Source: Synechococcus sp.
GTDB taxonomy: Bacteria > Cyanobacteriota > Cyanobacteriia > PCC-6307 > Cyanobiaceae
Direction of reading: 5' to 3'
DNA: 64,000 nt
Assembly: GCA_047284725.1 (NCBI GenBank)
Contig: JBJBEO010000001.1
Location: 1,400,203-1,464,202, forward strand
The notes under the pieces were generated by a model. The model had not been told where the DNA came from. It saw only the letters and a program-made list of their open reading frames with translations, and made no database searches. A program made the position numbers and the translations under genes. Every line of letters starts with the position of its first letter. Position 1 is the stretch's first letter. Positions 46,203 through 56,799 of this stretch are shown here, one piece after another.

Positions 46203-46994
46203 TCACGGCAAGGCATTCAGGATCATGCCTTTGCCGACCCTGGCGCTGCGGCCCAGCACCACCCCGTTCTCTGACATCAACGTCAGTGCGCTGTATCCCT
46301 CACGGTCAATTCGCTCCCACCAGCCTTCTGCCAGACCTTGACGCGTCTCGGGCATCAACGCGGACCAGCCATTGCCAAGGGTGATCTCGACGGTGTTCAG
46401 GGCTGAATCGGCAACGGCAGCGATCACCGGGGCGCTCTCATCGGCTGCAGGCGCAGCACTGACAAGAGGATCGCGGCCGAGAACAAGGGCAAGGAGGGCA
46501 TCGGGCTCAGCAGGAAGGGGCGCCTCCAACTGTTCCGGGGCCGCGGGACCAACGGAGGGACTTTGTTGCGATGGCCTGGCTGGCTCATCCGGAGGCGCCT
46601 CGAAGACAGACCGCTCGTCTGATGCCTCCGGTGGCACTCCGTCATCCACCTCCGAGGGACGTGCCGGGGCAGGGGAGGGCACCGATGACATCACTGGTGG
46701 TGCTGCCCTCAAGTGCGCAGAGACCTGGACCCCCGTGGTCACCAGAACAACCACCAAGGCCCCCAGCACCAGAGGCCAGAAGAGCGGGGCTAAATCACGG
46801 GGCCAGGCCTTGGGGACCCACAAGGAACCATCGCCATTGCGCCGCCACAACTCCTGAAGGCGCAGACGCAGATCAGCCACAACCGCACGCAGGTCGTCAA
46901 CGAGGGAACGCCACGGGTTGCGGTAGGGAGCTGGCAGGGGCGACGTTTCAAGGCTTGAGGCGTCACCCCCTGGCATCTGCGCCTGATCAGACAT
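46203..46994 (-). CDS. Pro/Ala-rich membrane protein
   Basis: One TM segment plus a low-complexity linker; ATG start. Confidence 0.65.
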   Translation of the reverse strand: MSDQAQMPGGDASSLETSPLPAPYRNPWRSLVDDLRAVVADLRLRLQELWRRNGDGSLWVPKAWPRDLAPLFWPLVLGALVVVLVTTGVQVSAHLRAAPPVMSSVPSPAPARPSEVDDGVPPEASDERSVFEAPPDEPARPSQQSPSVGPAAPEQLEAPLPAEPDALLALVLGRDPLVSAAPAADESAPVIAAVADSALNTVEITLGNGWSALMPETRQGLAEGWWERIDREGYSALTLMSENGVVLGRSARVGKGMILNALP

Positions 46995-47031
46995 CAGCGG
47001 CAGGAGGGTTCAACCCATTCTGTTGGGTTGA

Positions 47032-48603
47032 CTACTGGCGGTCCTGGCGCGGTCGACCGAGCAGACGCGTGATCGGATTGCGGGAGGGGCGAGTCGTCTC
47101 AACGAACCCTGGCTCAGGCAGGGCGAACGCAGACTCCGCTTGCCCGTCGGCGGGGGATTGCCAGCGGGAAGGGTCAGCATCCTGGCCTTGGGAAAAGCGC
47201 TCCACTTCCGAGGCATCGGGGCCGGGCTCCTTGATGCCGCAGACCTCGCGATACATGCGGTCGTACTCCACAGCTGACCGCGTCCAGCTGTAGTCCTGCT
47301 GCATGGCGCGCCGCTGAAGTTGGCGCCAACTGTCTTGATGCCGATAAGCCTCCCAGGCCCTGACAAGAGCGGTGTAGAAATCCACTGGATCAAAGCGATC
47401 GAAGCAGAAACCTGTGCCGCTGTGATGGGCAGGGTCGTGGGGAGGAACGGTGTCGACCAGACCACCCACTTTGCGCACAACCGGCACACAGCCGTAGCGC
47501 ATCGCCATCAGCTGACTGATGCCGCACGGTTCAAAACGACTGGGCATCAGAAAGGCATCACTGCCGGCATAGATCAAACGCGACAGGGCGTCGTCGTAGG
47601 TGAGGAAGACGGCGACGCGACCGGGATGGCGGGATGCCAGTTGCCACAAGCCCGACTCCAGGCCGCGATCGCCAGTGCCGAGCACCACGATCTGGGTATC
47701 GGTGTAGGCGAGCAGACGATCAGCCACCTGCAGCAGAAGATCAACCCCCTTCTGATCGACGAGGCGACTGACCATGCCGAGCAGGAAGGTGTCGGGGCTG
47801 ACGTTGAGCCCCATCCGCTCCTGCAGCTCTCGCTTGTTGGCGGCGCGACCGGAAAGCTGGTCGGCGCTGTAATTCGCCGCCAAGGCCTTGTCGGTGGAAG
47901 GGTCCCAGGCCTCCAGATCGAGACCATTGAGGATGCCGCGGAGCTTTCCGGAGATGTAGTTGAGCAGGCCGTCGAGTTGCTCTCCGTATTCAGCGGTGCG
48001 GATCTCCTGGGCATAGGTCGGCGACACCGCATTGACCCGATCGGCATAGAGCAACGCCGCGGCCATGGTGTGGTCTCCCTGCATGTACCAGGGGCACCAG
48101 GTGATCCGATCCAGCTTCCAGCGCCAGGGCCCCTGATATTTGAGGTTGTGGATGGTGAACACCGTGCTGATCTCGGGGTCCTGATGCATCCACACCGGGA
48201 TCATGCCGGTATGCCAGTCATGGCAATGCAGCACGTTCGGCTTCCAGACGTTCCAGGCGAACTCCGCCGTGGCGCTGGCAAAAAACGTGAAACGCCAATC
48301 TTCGTCTTCTCCGCCGTAGATGCGCTCTGGATCAAAGACAGGGTGACCAACCAGATAGAGAGGCAAGCCAGTGGTGGGATGGCGCGTCTCATAGACGGCA
48401 AATTCGGTCCCCATCGTCTGCGCACGCCAGATCGGCTCAGCAGAGATGTCGAGACGGCTCCAGAGGCGGCTGTAGCCCGGCATGATCAGGCGTACATCGT
48501 GGCCAAGCTTGGCCAGGGCCGGAGGAAGGGATCCGACCACATCGCCCATGCCGCCGACTTTCACCATGGGAGCGCACTCGGCAGCAGCAAACAGCACGCG
48601 CAT
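47032..48603 (-). CDS. glgA: Glycogen synthase
   Basis: [30 protein letters not shown]; start at 48603 or 48615. Confidence 0.96.
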   Translation of the reverse strand: MRVLFAAAECAPMVKVGGMGDVVGSLPPALAKLGHDVRLIMPGYSRLWSRLDISAEPIWRAQTMGTEFAVYETRHPTTGLPLYLVGHPVFDPERIYGGEDEDWRFTFFASATAEFAWNVWKPNVLHCHDWHTGMIPVWMHQDPEISTVFTIHNLKYQGPWRWKLDRITWCPWYMQGDHTMAAALLYADRVNAVSPTYAQEIRTAEYGEQLDGLLNYISGKLRGILNGLDLEAWDPSTDKALAANYSADQLSGRAANKRELQERMGLNVSPDTFLLGMVSRLVDQKGVDLLLQVADRLLAYTDTQIVVLGTGDRGLESGLWQLASRHPGRVAVFLTYDDALSRLIYAGSDAFLMPSRFEPCGISQLMAMRYGCVPVVRKVGGLVDTVPPHDPAHHSGTGFCFDRFDPVDFYTALVRAWEAYRHQDSWRQLQRRAMQQDYSWTRSAVEYDRMYREVCGIKEPGPDASEVERFSQGQDADPSRWQSPADGQAESAFALPEPGFVETTRPSRNPITRLLGRPRQDRQ

Positions 48604-48687
48604 GGTCAGTGGCACTTACGAAAGCGCCGCGACTTTAGATTGAAATCCCATGAAAACTTGAAAGCATTGCTGGTTTCTGGCCACTGA

Positions 48688-49332
48688 TCAGGGCAGAACG
48701 GTGACCGGGGTCCCCACCCTCACAAGGTCGAACACTTCCTGCACGTTTTCTTCGTAGAGGCGCACGCAGCCGTGGGACACCGCGCGGCCCACCGTCCAAC
48801 GATGGGGCGTGCCATGAAAACCGGACACGGTGCAGCCATCAATGGCAAGGTACTTCTCACCATCCCAGCCATTGCGTCCCTTGCAATCGCGATAAAAGCC
48901 GATCCAACGGGAGCCGAGGGGATTTTTCCCACCCGGTGCAATCTGTTTGCCGTTGACGGGATGCGTCCAGATCGGTTGACGCACCTTCTCCAGCACCCGA
49001 TGGCTTCCGGCGGGCGTTTCCCAACCTTCCGTGCCGACTGCAGCCGGGTAGCGACGGCTGATTTGTCCATTGCGCATCACCAGAAGCTGGCGGTGCTTGC
49101 GATCGAGCACCAGTTGAAGGCCAAGGCGACGTCGCAGTTCCAGCGGCACCCGGGCCAGGGATTGCTCCAGAGAAATGGGGGCAGCTTTCGGAGGAATGGG
49201 ATCAGCCGGGCGGTGGCTGGATCCTGATGCCGGTTGCGCCTTCACAGGCACAGAAACCGCTGCAAGAGCAAGAGCCAGGGCCGATGCCGCCTGCAACATC
49301 GGGAAACGCATCGGCATCGCAATCTGCATCAC
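48688..49332 (-). CDS. L,D-transpeptidase (YkuD family)
   Basis: Signal peptide, TPAG, NPLGSRW, FHGT...GRAVSHGCVRL. Confidence 0.9.
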   Translation of the reverse strand: MMQIAMPMRFPMLQAASALALALAAVSVPVKAQPASGSSHRPADPIPPKAAPISLEQSLARVPLELRRRLGLQLVLDRKHRQLLVMRNGQISRRYPAAVGTEGWETPAGSHRVLEKVRQPIWTHPVNGKQIAPGGKNPLGSRWIGFYRDCKGRNGWDGEKYLAIDGCTVSGFHGTPHRWTVGRAVSHGCVRLYEENVQEVFDLVRVGTPVTVLP

Positions 49333-49371
49333 AACGGAGGTGGCACCAGTCTGTTTGACCCCAACGTTTAG

Positions 49372-50247
49372 CTAAGGCAACCAGGGAGTTGACGAAAAGT
49401 CAGGATCCCGTTTCTCGAGAAAGGCATTGCGTCCCTCCTGTCCCTCCTCTGTTCGATAGAACAGATGCGTGGCCTGGCCAGCCAATTCCTGCAATCCGGC
49501 CATGCCATCGGTTTCGGCGTTGAATGCGGCCTTGAGGCACCGGATCGCTGTGGGGCTGTGCTGCAGCACCTCCCGGGCCCAACGCACCCCCTCGGCCTCA
49601 AGCTGCTCCAGGGGCACCACAGCATTCACCAGCCCCATCGCCAGCGCTTCATCGGCACCGTATTGCCGGCACAGGAACCAGATCTCGCGTGCCTTGCGCT
49701 GTCCCACGAGGCGGGCCAGATAGCCGGCACCGAAGCCGCCATCGAAACTGCCCACCCGCGGGCCGGTCTGACCAAAACGGGCATTGTCAGCCGCCAGGCT
49801 GAGATCACAGAGCAGATGCAGCACCTGCCCTCCGCCAATGGCATAGCCCGCGACAAGGGCAATCACCACCTTGGGCAAGCTGCGGATCAAACGCTGGAGG
49901 TCGAGCACATTGAGGCGAGGCATCCCCTCCTCGTCGACGTACCCACCGTCACCCCTCACACTCTGGTCTCCGCCGGCGCAGAAGGCGTAACCACCATCGT
50001 CGGCAGGGCCCACTCCTGTGAACAGCACCACACCAATGCTGCTGTCATCGCGGATACGGGTGAATGCATCGCAGAGTTCCACCACTGTTCTGGGGCGGAA
50101 CGCGTTGCGGCGGTAAGGCCGATTGATCGCAACCCGGGCGATGCCATCACCGGAACGATCCACGAGGATGTCCTGATAGGCACCCAACGGATGCCAGGAC
50201 ACCCCGGACTCTCCGGGAAGAACCGACCGGGGCGGTGAGGCGGTCAT
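49372..50247 (-). CDS. menB: 1,4-dihydroxy-2-naphthoyl-CoA synthase
   Basis: [25 protein letters not shown]. Confidence 0.96.
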   Translation of the reverse strand: MTASPPRSVLPGESGVSWHPLGAYQDILVDRSGDGIARVAINRPYRRNAFRPRTVVELCDAFTRIRDDSSIGVVLFTGVGPADDGGYAFCAGGDQSVRGDGGYVDEEGMPRLNVLDLQRLIRSLPKVVIALVAGYAIGGGQVLHLLCDLSLAADNARFGQTGPRVGSFDGGFGAGYLARLVGQRKAREIWFLCRQYGADEALAMGLVNAVVPLEQLEAEGVRWAREVLQHSPTAIRCLKAAFNAETDGMAGLQELAGQATHLFYRTEEGQEGRNAFLEKRDPDFSSTPWLP

Positions 50248-52046
50248 CAGGGCTCATCTGACACTCGAACCATTGTGATCTGCTGGATTTCCTGACGAAG
50301 GGTGGCCCGCAGCTCCGCATCTACTGCTCGATCCGTACAGACCCGCAGCAGGGCGACACCGGTCTGGGCCAGGCCCCATGCCAACGCGGGGGGGACATCC
50401 TCAAGGCAGGAGATCTGGCGACCAGGGATGCCATGGGCCGCAGCCAGTGCCAGAGGATCCACCTGCTGAGGCATGGCAAACAAGGCATCAAACGCTGACG
50501 CCGGTGCCGCTGGAACCGGCAATTGCTGAAAGATTCCGCCCCCACCGTTGTCGATCAACAACACCAACAGCGGCTCGGACTCCTGACGCGCATGGGTCAG
50601 CAACCAGCCGTTGCTGTCGTGAAGCAACGCCAGATCCCCAGTGATCAACAGAGTGCGGCCCAGCACCCGGGCCAGACCCAGTCCCAAAGACAGGGTGCCA
50701 TCAATCCCGGAGGCACCTCGAAAACTGAAGCAGCGATGGTGACCTTGCACACCTGACGCAAAGGCCTGCCAATCCCGCACTGGGCTGCTGGCTGCGAGCA
50801 TCACCGGCACATCCGCAGGGATGAGGGCACCAAGGCATTGCATCAGCGCAGGCTCCGTCACGGCACCCTCGCCAGGCAGCCGACGCGTCAACCACTCGGA
50901 CATCCTCCGATCGCGGTCTTGCCAGCCCTGAATGAGCGTCTGATGACGCATCGGAGCAGGATCCGGCAGGGCCTGAGCGGCAAGCCAGCGCACCAGCCCC
51001 TCACTCCACTGCAAGGACTTCTTGAGGGGATCCAACGACCGTGGCTCACCCTCACTGATCAGCAGCTGAGGCCCCTCACACCGTGTCAACCAGGCCTCCA
51101 GGCGCCGACTGGCGGGCATCGGCCCCAACCGCAGCACCTGCAGATCCGCCTGGACCATGCCGGAGGGCAACGGCAGCGCATCCGGCAGCAGAAGATCCCA
51201 GTAACGCACCTGACCGGGCAGGTCAGCCGGCACAGCCGCCAGTGGATCCACTAGTACAGGCCAGCCACTGCAGTGCTGCCAGTGACGCAGTGCGTCCTCG
51301 AAGGCCGCTCGCTCTCCGGCCAGACCTCGCCATGGTCCCGCGACCACCACCCCCGGGCGGGAAGCATCAAGACCACACTGAGGCGGCAAGCCGGAAGCCT
51401 TCGGGTCGGACCAGCAAGGCCGGACAAACCGGGGGGCGTTCTGGCGATGCTGACGCTGGTGGCCCCAGGCGATCCAGAACGCCTGCTGTTCCGCTTCTGG
51501 CGGATGCAGAGGTTCTTCAAACGGCAGATTGAGATGCACGGGTCCGGGGCGCTGGTGGGCCCGAAGCCAAACCTGCTCCGCCAACGCATCCAAGTGATCA
51601 GTGGTGACAGTCTCCAGCCCCTGACCCGGACCATTCACGACTGCACGGCAAACCGCCTCAAGAAATTCCTCCTGATTCACGGTCTGATTGGCGCCGCACT
51701 GCTTCAGACGCGCGGGTCGATCGGCGGTCAGCAGCAACAGGGGCTGACAGGAGCGATCGGCTTCCACTGCTGCAGGCAGAAGGTTGGCCACAGCGGTGCC
51801 CGAGGTGGTGATCACTGCTGAGGCGCACCCTCTGGCGGTGCTGCTGCCCAGTGCCAGGAAGGCGGCCGAACGTTCATCAATGGCGGTTTCGAGCTGGATC
51901 AGATCGGCCCGCGCCAGCCCCCCCGCCGCCAACGCCAGAGGGCCTGACCGGCTACCGGGACAAAGCACAACATGCTCCAATCCCTGGGCCTGGAGCCTTT
52001 CCAGCACGCACAGCGCGGCCGCAAGATTGGCGATGGGACGGGTCAA
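50247..52046 (-). CDS. menD: SEPHCHC synthase
   Basis: [47 protein letters not shown] start near 52046. Confidence 0.95.
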   Translation of the reverse strand: MTRPIANLAAALCVLERLQAQGLEHVVLCPGSRSGPLALAAGGLARADLIQLETAIDERSAAFLALGSSTARGCASAVITTSGTAVANLLPAAVEADRSCQPLLLLTADRPARLKQCGANQTVNQEEFLEAVCRAVVNGPGQGLETVTTDHLDALAEQVWLRAHQRPGPVHLNLPFEEPLHPPEAEQQAFWIAWGHQRQHRQNAPRFVRPCWSDPKASGLPPQCGLDASRPGVVVAGPWRGLAGERAAFEDALRHWQHCSGWPVLVDPLAAVPADLPGQVRYWDLLLPDALPLPSGMVQADLQVLRLGPMPASRRLEAWLTRCEGPQLLISEGEPRSLDPLKKSLQWSEGLVRWLAAQALPDPAPMRHQTLIQGWQDRDRRMSEWLTRRLPGEGAVTEPALMQCLGALIPADVPVMLAASSPVRDWQAFASGVQGHHRCFSFRGASGIDGTLSLGLGLARVLGRTLLITGDLALLHDSNGWLLTHARQESEPLLVLLIDNGGGGIFQQLPVPAAPASAFDALFAMPQQVDPLALAAAHGIPGRQISCLEDVPPALAWGLAQTGVALLRVCTDRAVDAELRATLRQEIQQITMVRVSDEP

Positions 52047-52118
52047 AGCAGACGCGGCGCCTGGGAAGACGCTCTGGAGGGGACGCTGATGCGATCCTCG
52101 TTGTACACGCAAGAGGCC

Positions 52119-52730
52119 ATGGCCAGCGAAGGCAAACCAAGCCGGCAGCAGAGTTGGCGGGATGTGCTGCTCTGGGTGGTGCTCGCCTTGCTGCTGCGCT
52201 GGCTCGTACTCGAACCTCGCTGGATACCGTCCGGCTCCATGCTTCCCACCCTGGAATTGCAGGACCGCATCCTGGTCGAGAAAATCCGCCCCAAGATGGC
52301 CGACCAACGCCATCAACCCCTTGGCATCGGAAACGTAGTGGTCTTTGCAGTGCCCGACGCCCTGATCGACGCGGGGTATGACCCCAACACCGCTCTGATC
52401 AAACGGGTGGTCGCGGGACCCGGAGACACGGTGGAAGTGCGTGAAGGCCGGCTTTGGCGGAATGGCGAAACCGTGAACGAACCCTGGCGCGAAGAAGCCA
52501 TGGATTACGTGATGCCGGCGCAACGCGTTCCACCGGGCGCCCTCTGGGTGCTGGGGGACAATCGCAATGCCAGCCTCGATTCTCACCTCTGGGGGCCCCT
52601 GCCTCAGGAACGTGTCATCGGCACCGCGGTGTGGCGTTACTGGCCTTTGAATCGGTTCGGTCCGATACGGTTCCCCCTCCAAACCGGATCGGGTGACGAA
52701 CAGGGGGCTGGGTTAAGGTCGGGTTCTTGA
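52119..52730 (+). CDS. lepB: Signal peptidase I
   Basis: IPSGSMLPTL, IKRVVA.PGD, GDNRNASLDSH. Confidence 0.95.
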   Translation: MASEGKPSRQQSWRDVLLWVVLALLLRWLVLEPRWIPSGSMLPTLELQDRILVEKIRPKMADQRHQPLGIGNVVVFAVPDALIDAGYDPNTALIKRVVAGPGDTVEVREGRLWRNGETVNEPWREEAMDYVMPAQRVPPGALWVLGDNRNASLDSHLWGPLPQERVIGTAVWRYWPLNRFGPIRFPLQTGSGDEQGAGLRSGS

Positions 52731-52745
52731 GAGGCGGAGGTCGGA

Positions 52746-53093
52746 ATGTTTGATCCCGAATTCTTGACCACCGAAAACCAAGATGGTCAGCCTGTGAATG
52801 GCTTGATTCAGTACCTGCAGGATCAATCCCCTGATGTGCTCCAGCGGGTTGCGAAATCCGCCAGTAACGATATCCAGGACATCATCCGCCACAACGTGCA
52901 GGGTCTGCTGGGAATCCTCCCCGGCGAGCATTTTGAGGTGAAGGTCACCACCAATCGCGACAACCTCGCCAATCTGCTGGCCTCCGCGATGATGACGGGT
53001 TATTTCCTCCGGCAAATGGAGCAGCGCAAAGAACTGGAAGAGACCCTTTTTGCAGACGAGGAGATGTCGGTGAACCCGGATCCGGAGGTTTGA
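52746..53093 (+). CDS. DUF760-family protein
   Basis: N.LIQYLQ and LASAMMTGYFLRQMEQR. Confidence 0.85.
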   Translation: MFDPEFLTTENQDGQPVNGLIQYLQDQSPDVLQRVAKSASNDIQDIIRHNVQGLLGILPGEHFEVKVTTNRDNLANLLASAMMTGYFLRQMEQRKELEETLFADEEMSVNPDPEV

Positions 53094-53120
53094 GTCAGCG
53101 ACGTTGATTCAAGCAAGCGA

Positions 53121-54305
53121 TCATTCGATCACTTTGCCAACTGATTCACAGGGCGAGGCTGGCACGACTCCCAGATCCAGCAGTTGCTGATCAAGCGAAG
53201 CAAGAAAGGCCCAATTGCCCTGATCGGACGCCCAAGGCCTGGCCTCGATCGCACTGATCAACTCAGAGCACCGGTCTGGGCCAAAAGCCACAGGGGCGCT
53301 GTAGTGAGCTGGAATGAGCCAGCGCACTTCCGCATGAGACTGCAGTTCCTGGAGCCATGCCAGGAACACCTGCCGGGCCCGAGGCAACACCAGACGTTCC
53401 AACACGGGAGCGACCTGAAGCCTGGGAGCGACCTCTCCCATCAGCCCCTGAGCAGCCTGCTGCCACCCCACCTGCCATGCGAAGGGGTACACCCCAAAGT
53501 GGCAACGTCTGGAGCGCAATCCTGACTTGAAGGCGTAGCGAAGCACGTCCCCAATGCCCGGTACCTCAAGGGGTTCCGGCCTCAGATAGGACGCAAACAG
53601 CACCAACCTGGCCCAGCCTTGCCGCCGATTCGCTGGCGTGTCTTCAAGGGGCTGATCGCCACGCTCACGGGCGTGAAACAGCAACGGTGTTGGATCAGCA
53701 TCAAACACCGCAGGGGGTTCGGCGCTGATGCCGACAAGGGCATCCGTCACCAACAAGGCACCCGACGGGCAGTGCAGACAGCTGATCTCCTGAAAGCGAC
53801 CGGCACCCAGATCAAGAGGGCCGAGGGAGAACCACTGGCACACATCACCGTGAGGAACCCCGTCGTCGAGCAACACTTTGGTGCGCTGCGCCGGTACCCC
53901 CAGCCAGGCCAGGGGCAACTGCACTGGAAAGCTCCACTGGCCCGGACACACCCACACCTCCACATCCGGGAAAGCGCGGGCCAGGGGAGCGAGGGGAAGC
54001 TTGTGCTCCAAACCAGAGGCGGTGGGCAGCACGATGGTGCGCACGGGGCCGTGCTCAGCCTCCAGGGCCTGCACCATGGCACGCAGTTGCTGGGTGGGAG
54101 GCAGAGGGTTCACCAGCATCAACCCGCCTGGCACCTTCACGGCCGTCATGCGGATCGGAACCGCCACGTAATACACCCCCTGGAGCTGCTCAAAACTCCA
54201 GACCTGCCCAGGGATCAGTTCCTCAAAGTAAGTAACGCGATGGCCATAGGGGTACAGAGGCAGCAGCGGCCAGAAACCCCAGTACTGGTCGGCACGACTA
54301 TTCAT
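53121..54305 (-). CDS. DUF4336-like protein (metallo-beta-lactamase-like)
   Basis: WPLLPLYPYG, VPIRMT, SGLEHK, LLVTDA, IPAHY; its 5' end lies inside the left island repeat. Confidence 0.8.
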   Translation of the reverse strand: MNSRADQYWGFWPLLPLYPYGHRVTYFEELIPGQVWSFEQLQGVYYVAVPIRMTAVKVPGGLMLVNPLPPTQQLRAMVQALEAEHGPVRTIVLPTASGLEHKLPLAPLARAFPDVEVWVCPGQWSFPVQLPLAWLGVPAQRTKVLLDDGVPHGDVCQWFSLGPLDLGAGRFQEISCLHCPSGALLVTDALVGISAEPPAVFDADPTPLLFHARERGDQPLEDTPANRRQGWARLVLFASYLRPEPLEVPGIGDVLRYAFKSGLRSRRCHFGVYPFAWQVGWQQAAQGLMGEVAPRLQVAPVLERLVLPRARQVFLAWLQELQSHAEVRWLIPAHYSAPVAFGPDRCSELISAIEARPWASDQGNWAFLASLDQQLLDLGVVPASPCESVGKVIE

Positions 54306-54384
54306 TGCCAAGCCTCTCGCGCACCCTGGATTCGATAGCTCCAGCCCCATGATCACAGGTCTTGATCACCGATCGAGCACCCGC
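54259..54384. repeat. Approx. 126-bp imperfect direct repeat, left island boundary
   Basis: Matches 63179-63304; first 53 bp identical, 7 mismatches counted by eye in the rest. Confidence 0.93.
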
Positions 54385-54476
54385 ATCGCAAGCTCAGATT
54401 CAGACGAGCCCAGAACCAAGAATCAAGGTGCAAACCAGGATAGAGATTTCTGGAATCACCAAACTGACTCTTCCCA

Positions 54477-54734
54477 AGAGTTCGACGTCTTGTCCTTGCC
54501 CTGACTGCGATCTCGGCACTGACCCCTCAAGTCGCATTGGCCCAAATAGACCATCCCCATGGCCATCACGGCCATGGAGTGCATCACGCAAAACCTGAAA
54601 ACACGAAAGGGGCAGCGTTGATCGTCTCGAGAGACGCCCACAGTTGCACTCAGACTTCCTTCCATGACTGGATTCAACTGTCCCTTGATCTCGAGCTGTG
54701 CAACCGCGAACACAACGATGATCGAAATGCTTAG
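54477..54734 (+). pseudogene. Remnant of a secreted His-rich protein
   Basis: In-frame RVRRLVLALTAISALTPQVALA/QIDHPHGHHGHGVHH (signal peptide then His tract); no start codon between the TGA at 54465 and the signal peptide. Confidence 0.55.
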
Positions 54735-54802
54735 GTTCGCGCAACAATTCGATCAGCAAGCTATTGGAGCCCCGGGAGCTAAACACAAACAAAATTCAAA
54801 AC

Positions 54803-54832
54803 TTGACAAAGCCCCAACACCTAAGGTAGAGT
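54803..54832 (+). promoter_or_regulatory. Sigma70-type promoter of the precursor peptide gene
   Basis: TTGACA (54803-54808), 18-nt spacer, TAGAGT (54827-54832), A-rich tract upstream. Confidence 0.6.
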
Positions 54833-54865
54833 TAGGATAATGACTATTATGGCCATTAAAAAACC

Positions 54866-55048
54866 ATGGTGATCAAAAAAGTTACCATCGCAGATCTCGA
54901 GAACATCAGTGGTGGTGATTGCAAGGGCATAACCAGAAAAGTTTGCCGGGGCGAGAAAAAAGCCACCAAACAAATTGTCAAAGAATATGCAGAAAAACTG
55001 AAGGCGAAAAATGCGCGCCTCGAAAGCGGTGAAATCGAAGGACTCTAA
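54866..55048 (+). CDS. Double-glycine leader peptide precursor (CCRG-2-like leader), 60 aa
   Basis: Leader MVIKKVTIADLENISGG fits the xLxxxxLxxIxGG consensus; 43-aa core with 2 Cys and 9 Lys; a C39 transporter is nearby. Confidence 0.8.
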   Translation: MVIKKVTIADLENISGGDCKGITRKVCRGEKKATKQIVKEYAEKLKAKNARLESGEIEGL

Positions 55049-55093
55049 GTTCTCATATATTCATTCGATTCACCTCTGACATACTGAGCTTGC

Positions 55094-55140
55094 AAATGCT
55101 CTCAAGACGGCAACTACTGCCAATCTTGAGAGCATTTTAT
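55094..55140 (+). terminator. Hairpin after the precursor gene
   Basis: AAATGCTCTCAAGA / TCTTGAGAGCATTT perfect 14-bp stem with inner GGCA/TGCC, followed by T-rich sequence. Confidence 0.7.
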
Positions 55141-55326
55141 TGATTGAGACAAAACAGCCCCTAGCAAGGCTTGGGATCAGAAGGAAGCTGGAAAGTAAAT
55201 CCTGAAAAGCATCCTTCCAAATTAGATAGATTTTCGATGTCAGCTGTACAGTCAAAGCTAAAGAGCCTCAAGTATTTTTTTTGGCGACAAAGACAGGATT
55301 TTGCATCAAATAAATAGCCAGACAAG

Positions 55327-55461
55327 ATGGGCATCATTAAAGTCACCATCGACGTTCTCGAGGACATCAGCAAGGGAACACAGATGTGACTATCAAGAAA
55401 GGTTTGCAGAATCAAAACAACTCGAGAAGAGAAAAAACTGAACCCGCCCGGAGTTAACTAA
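55327..55461 (+). pseudogene. Degenerate second precursor paralog with in-frame TGA
   Basis: MGIIKVTIDVLEDISKGTQM*LSRKVCRIKTTREEKKLNPPGVN* aligns without gaps to the 54866 peptide. Confidence 0.75.
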
Positions 55462-55575
55462 CAAGAAATCCAGCGTCGAACATGATTCTGGAGGTCTCTA
55501 GATCTCCGGACCAAAAGCTTCTTACAACGAATGCATCAAAGGTGACCTTACTTCCAATACTCCAGCACGAGGCAC

Positions 55576-56799
55576 CTACGCAAGCATAAAAAGATCGCGA
55601 GGCTCCAATGGAGACAGCGGGAGAGGCTCGATCTCTCTGAACAAGTACGTGCATATATCTGCCCGCTGTTTAGCGAATAATTCGTCCCGTAAATCGCGAA
55701 CTTCAACAGGAACCAGATCCAATGAATACCGGCAAAGGAACTGCCGATACCAATGGAGAAATGACTCACTGTCTTCGGGAGCGAATGATGTCGGGTCCCA
55801 TCGGCGTTCCCTGCAGACCCGATTGAAATTCAAGAAACGGAAGTCATGTGGCTTACGCACAGATGAATGCCATACACGCTGTGGATCCAACGGTTGACGA
55901 TCTTCAGGATCTTCATCTAGCTGGACAACAGCCCAAAGGCGAGCACCGATCTCTCGTATCAGGTGGCGTTGCCATCCTTGATTCAGCCGAACAGGCGCTT
56001 GAAGACCCTTCCGTGGTTGCGGCACTGACTCGTCAGAGAGGAAGGTCATCCATTCACGCGTGTACTTGCGCTGCTGCTCGCCGTATTCAAGCTCGTGCCT
56101 GAGCCACTTGATCAAGAGAGGGCTACGGCTCATATCGTCCCTATCGAAACCTGCAAAGACTCCGGTGCAGTAGAAGCTGGCCAAGTCTTCGAAGAATTCG
56201 GGGCGTTGGACGGTAAAGCCTGGACAGAAGCGCTGGTACTCAGGCTCATGAGCCACGTCATACGAAATCGTCAGACTGTCGAAATCAGTCCCAATCCCCA
56301 ACTCCCTGTTAAGGTCCAGTCTGGCTAGGAACCAATAATCGAGCCCCACCGTCGCGACGGCTTCGGTGAGGAGGTGACAGAAAACGAAGGTCTCATAGTT
56401 ATCACTCGTTACGGGGCTGACACCAAAGCCCAATTCTGGAGCCAGGCCAGAAATCCACTGATAACCCAGAATATGAAGGTAGTCGTGAGCTAGGAAGGTG
56501 GCTTCCGGAAGGAGTTTGTCTTCTGGGTTGTACTCCCGGGTGTCGGAACCGGGATTGTCCAACCAACGATCCACAAAGGAGTTGGCCCTGTAGAAAACGC
56601 ATCCGCTCGCCGGGTTAAAACCAGCAAGCGACACTCTCACATGGTTTTGATAATTCCAACGAGCGTCAACCCCTCGACGTACGTAGCGAATTGACGGGTC
56701 AGCTAACGCACGGCGCAGCAGAGGGAGGCGCAGAAGAGAGCTTGCATGCGGATCTGCCGGTAGCACTGGACGATATCGATGCGGCATGGTGGAACTCAA
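55576..56799 (-). CDS. Uncharacterised protein with an HDxxH...E putative metal site
   Basis: FLAHDYLH followed by HLLTEAVA; start overlaps the transporter stop (TTGA), or ATG at 56787. Confidence 0.8.
   Translation of the reverse strand: MSSTMPHRYRPVLPADPHASSLLRLPLLRRALADPSIRYVRRGVDARWNYQNHVRVSLAGFNPASGCVFYRANSFVDRWLDNPGSDTREYNPEDKLLPEATFLAHDYLHILGYQWISGLAPELGFGVSPVTSDNYETFVFCHLLTEAVATVGLDYWFLARLDLNRELGIGTDFDSLTISYDVAHEPEYQRFCPGFTVQRPEFFEDLASFYCTGVFAGFDRDDMSRSPLLIKWLRHELEYGEQQRKYTREWMTFLSDESVPQPRKGLQAPVRLNQGWQRHLIREIGARLWAVVQLDEDPEDRQPLDPQRVWHSSVRKPHDFRFLNFNRVCRERRWDPTSFAPEDSESFLHWYRQFLCRYSLDLVPVEVRDLRDELFAKQRADICTYLFREIEPLPLSPLEPRDLFMLA

Noticed and set aside
50247..52682. 811-aa extended MenD
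   Set aside because: The extension is the antisense of lepB.
55387..55389. Selenocysteine codon in the second precursor
   Set aside because: The TGA aligns to Gly, not Cys; the GG site is also degraded and no clear SECIS hairpin follows, so a nonsense mutation is simpler.
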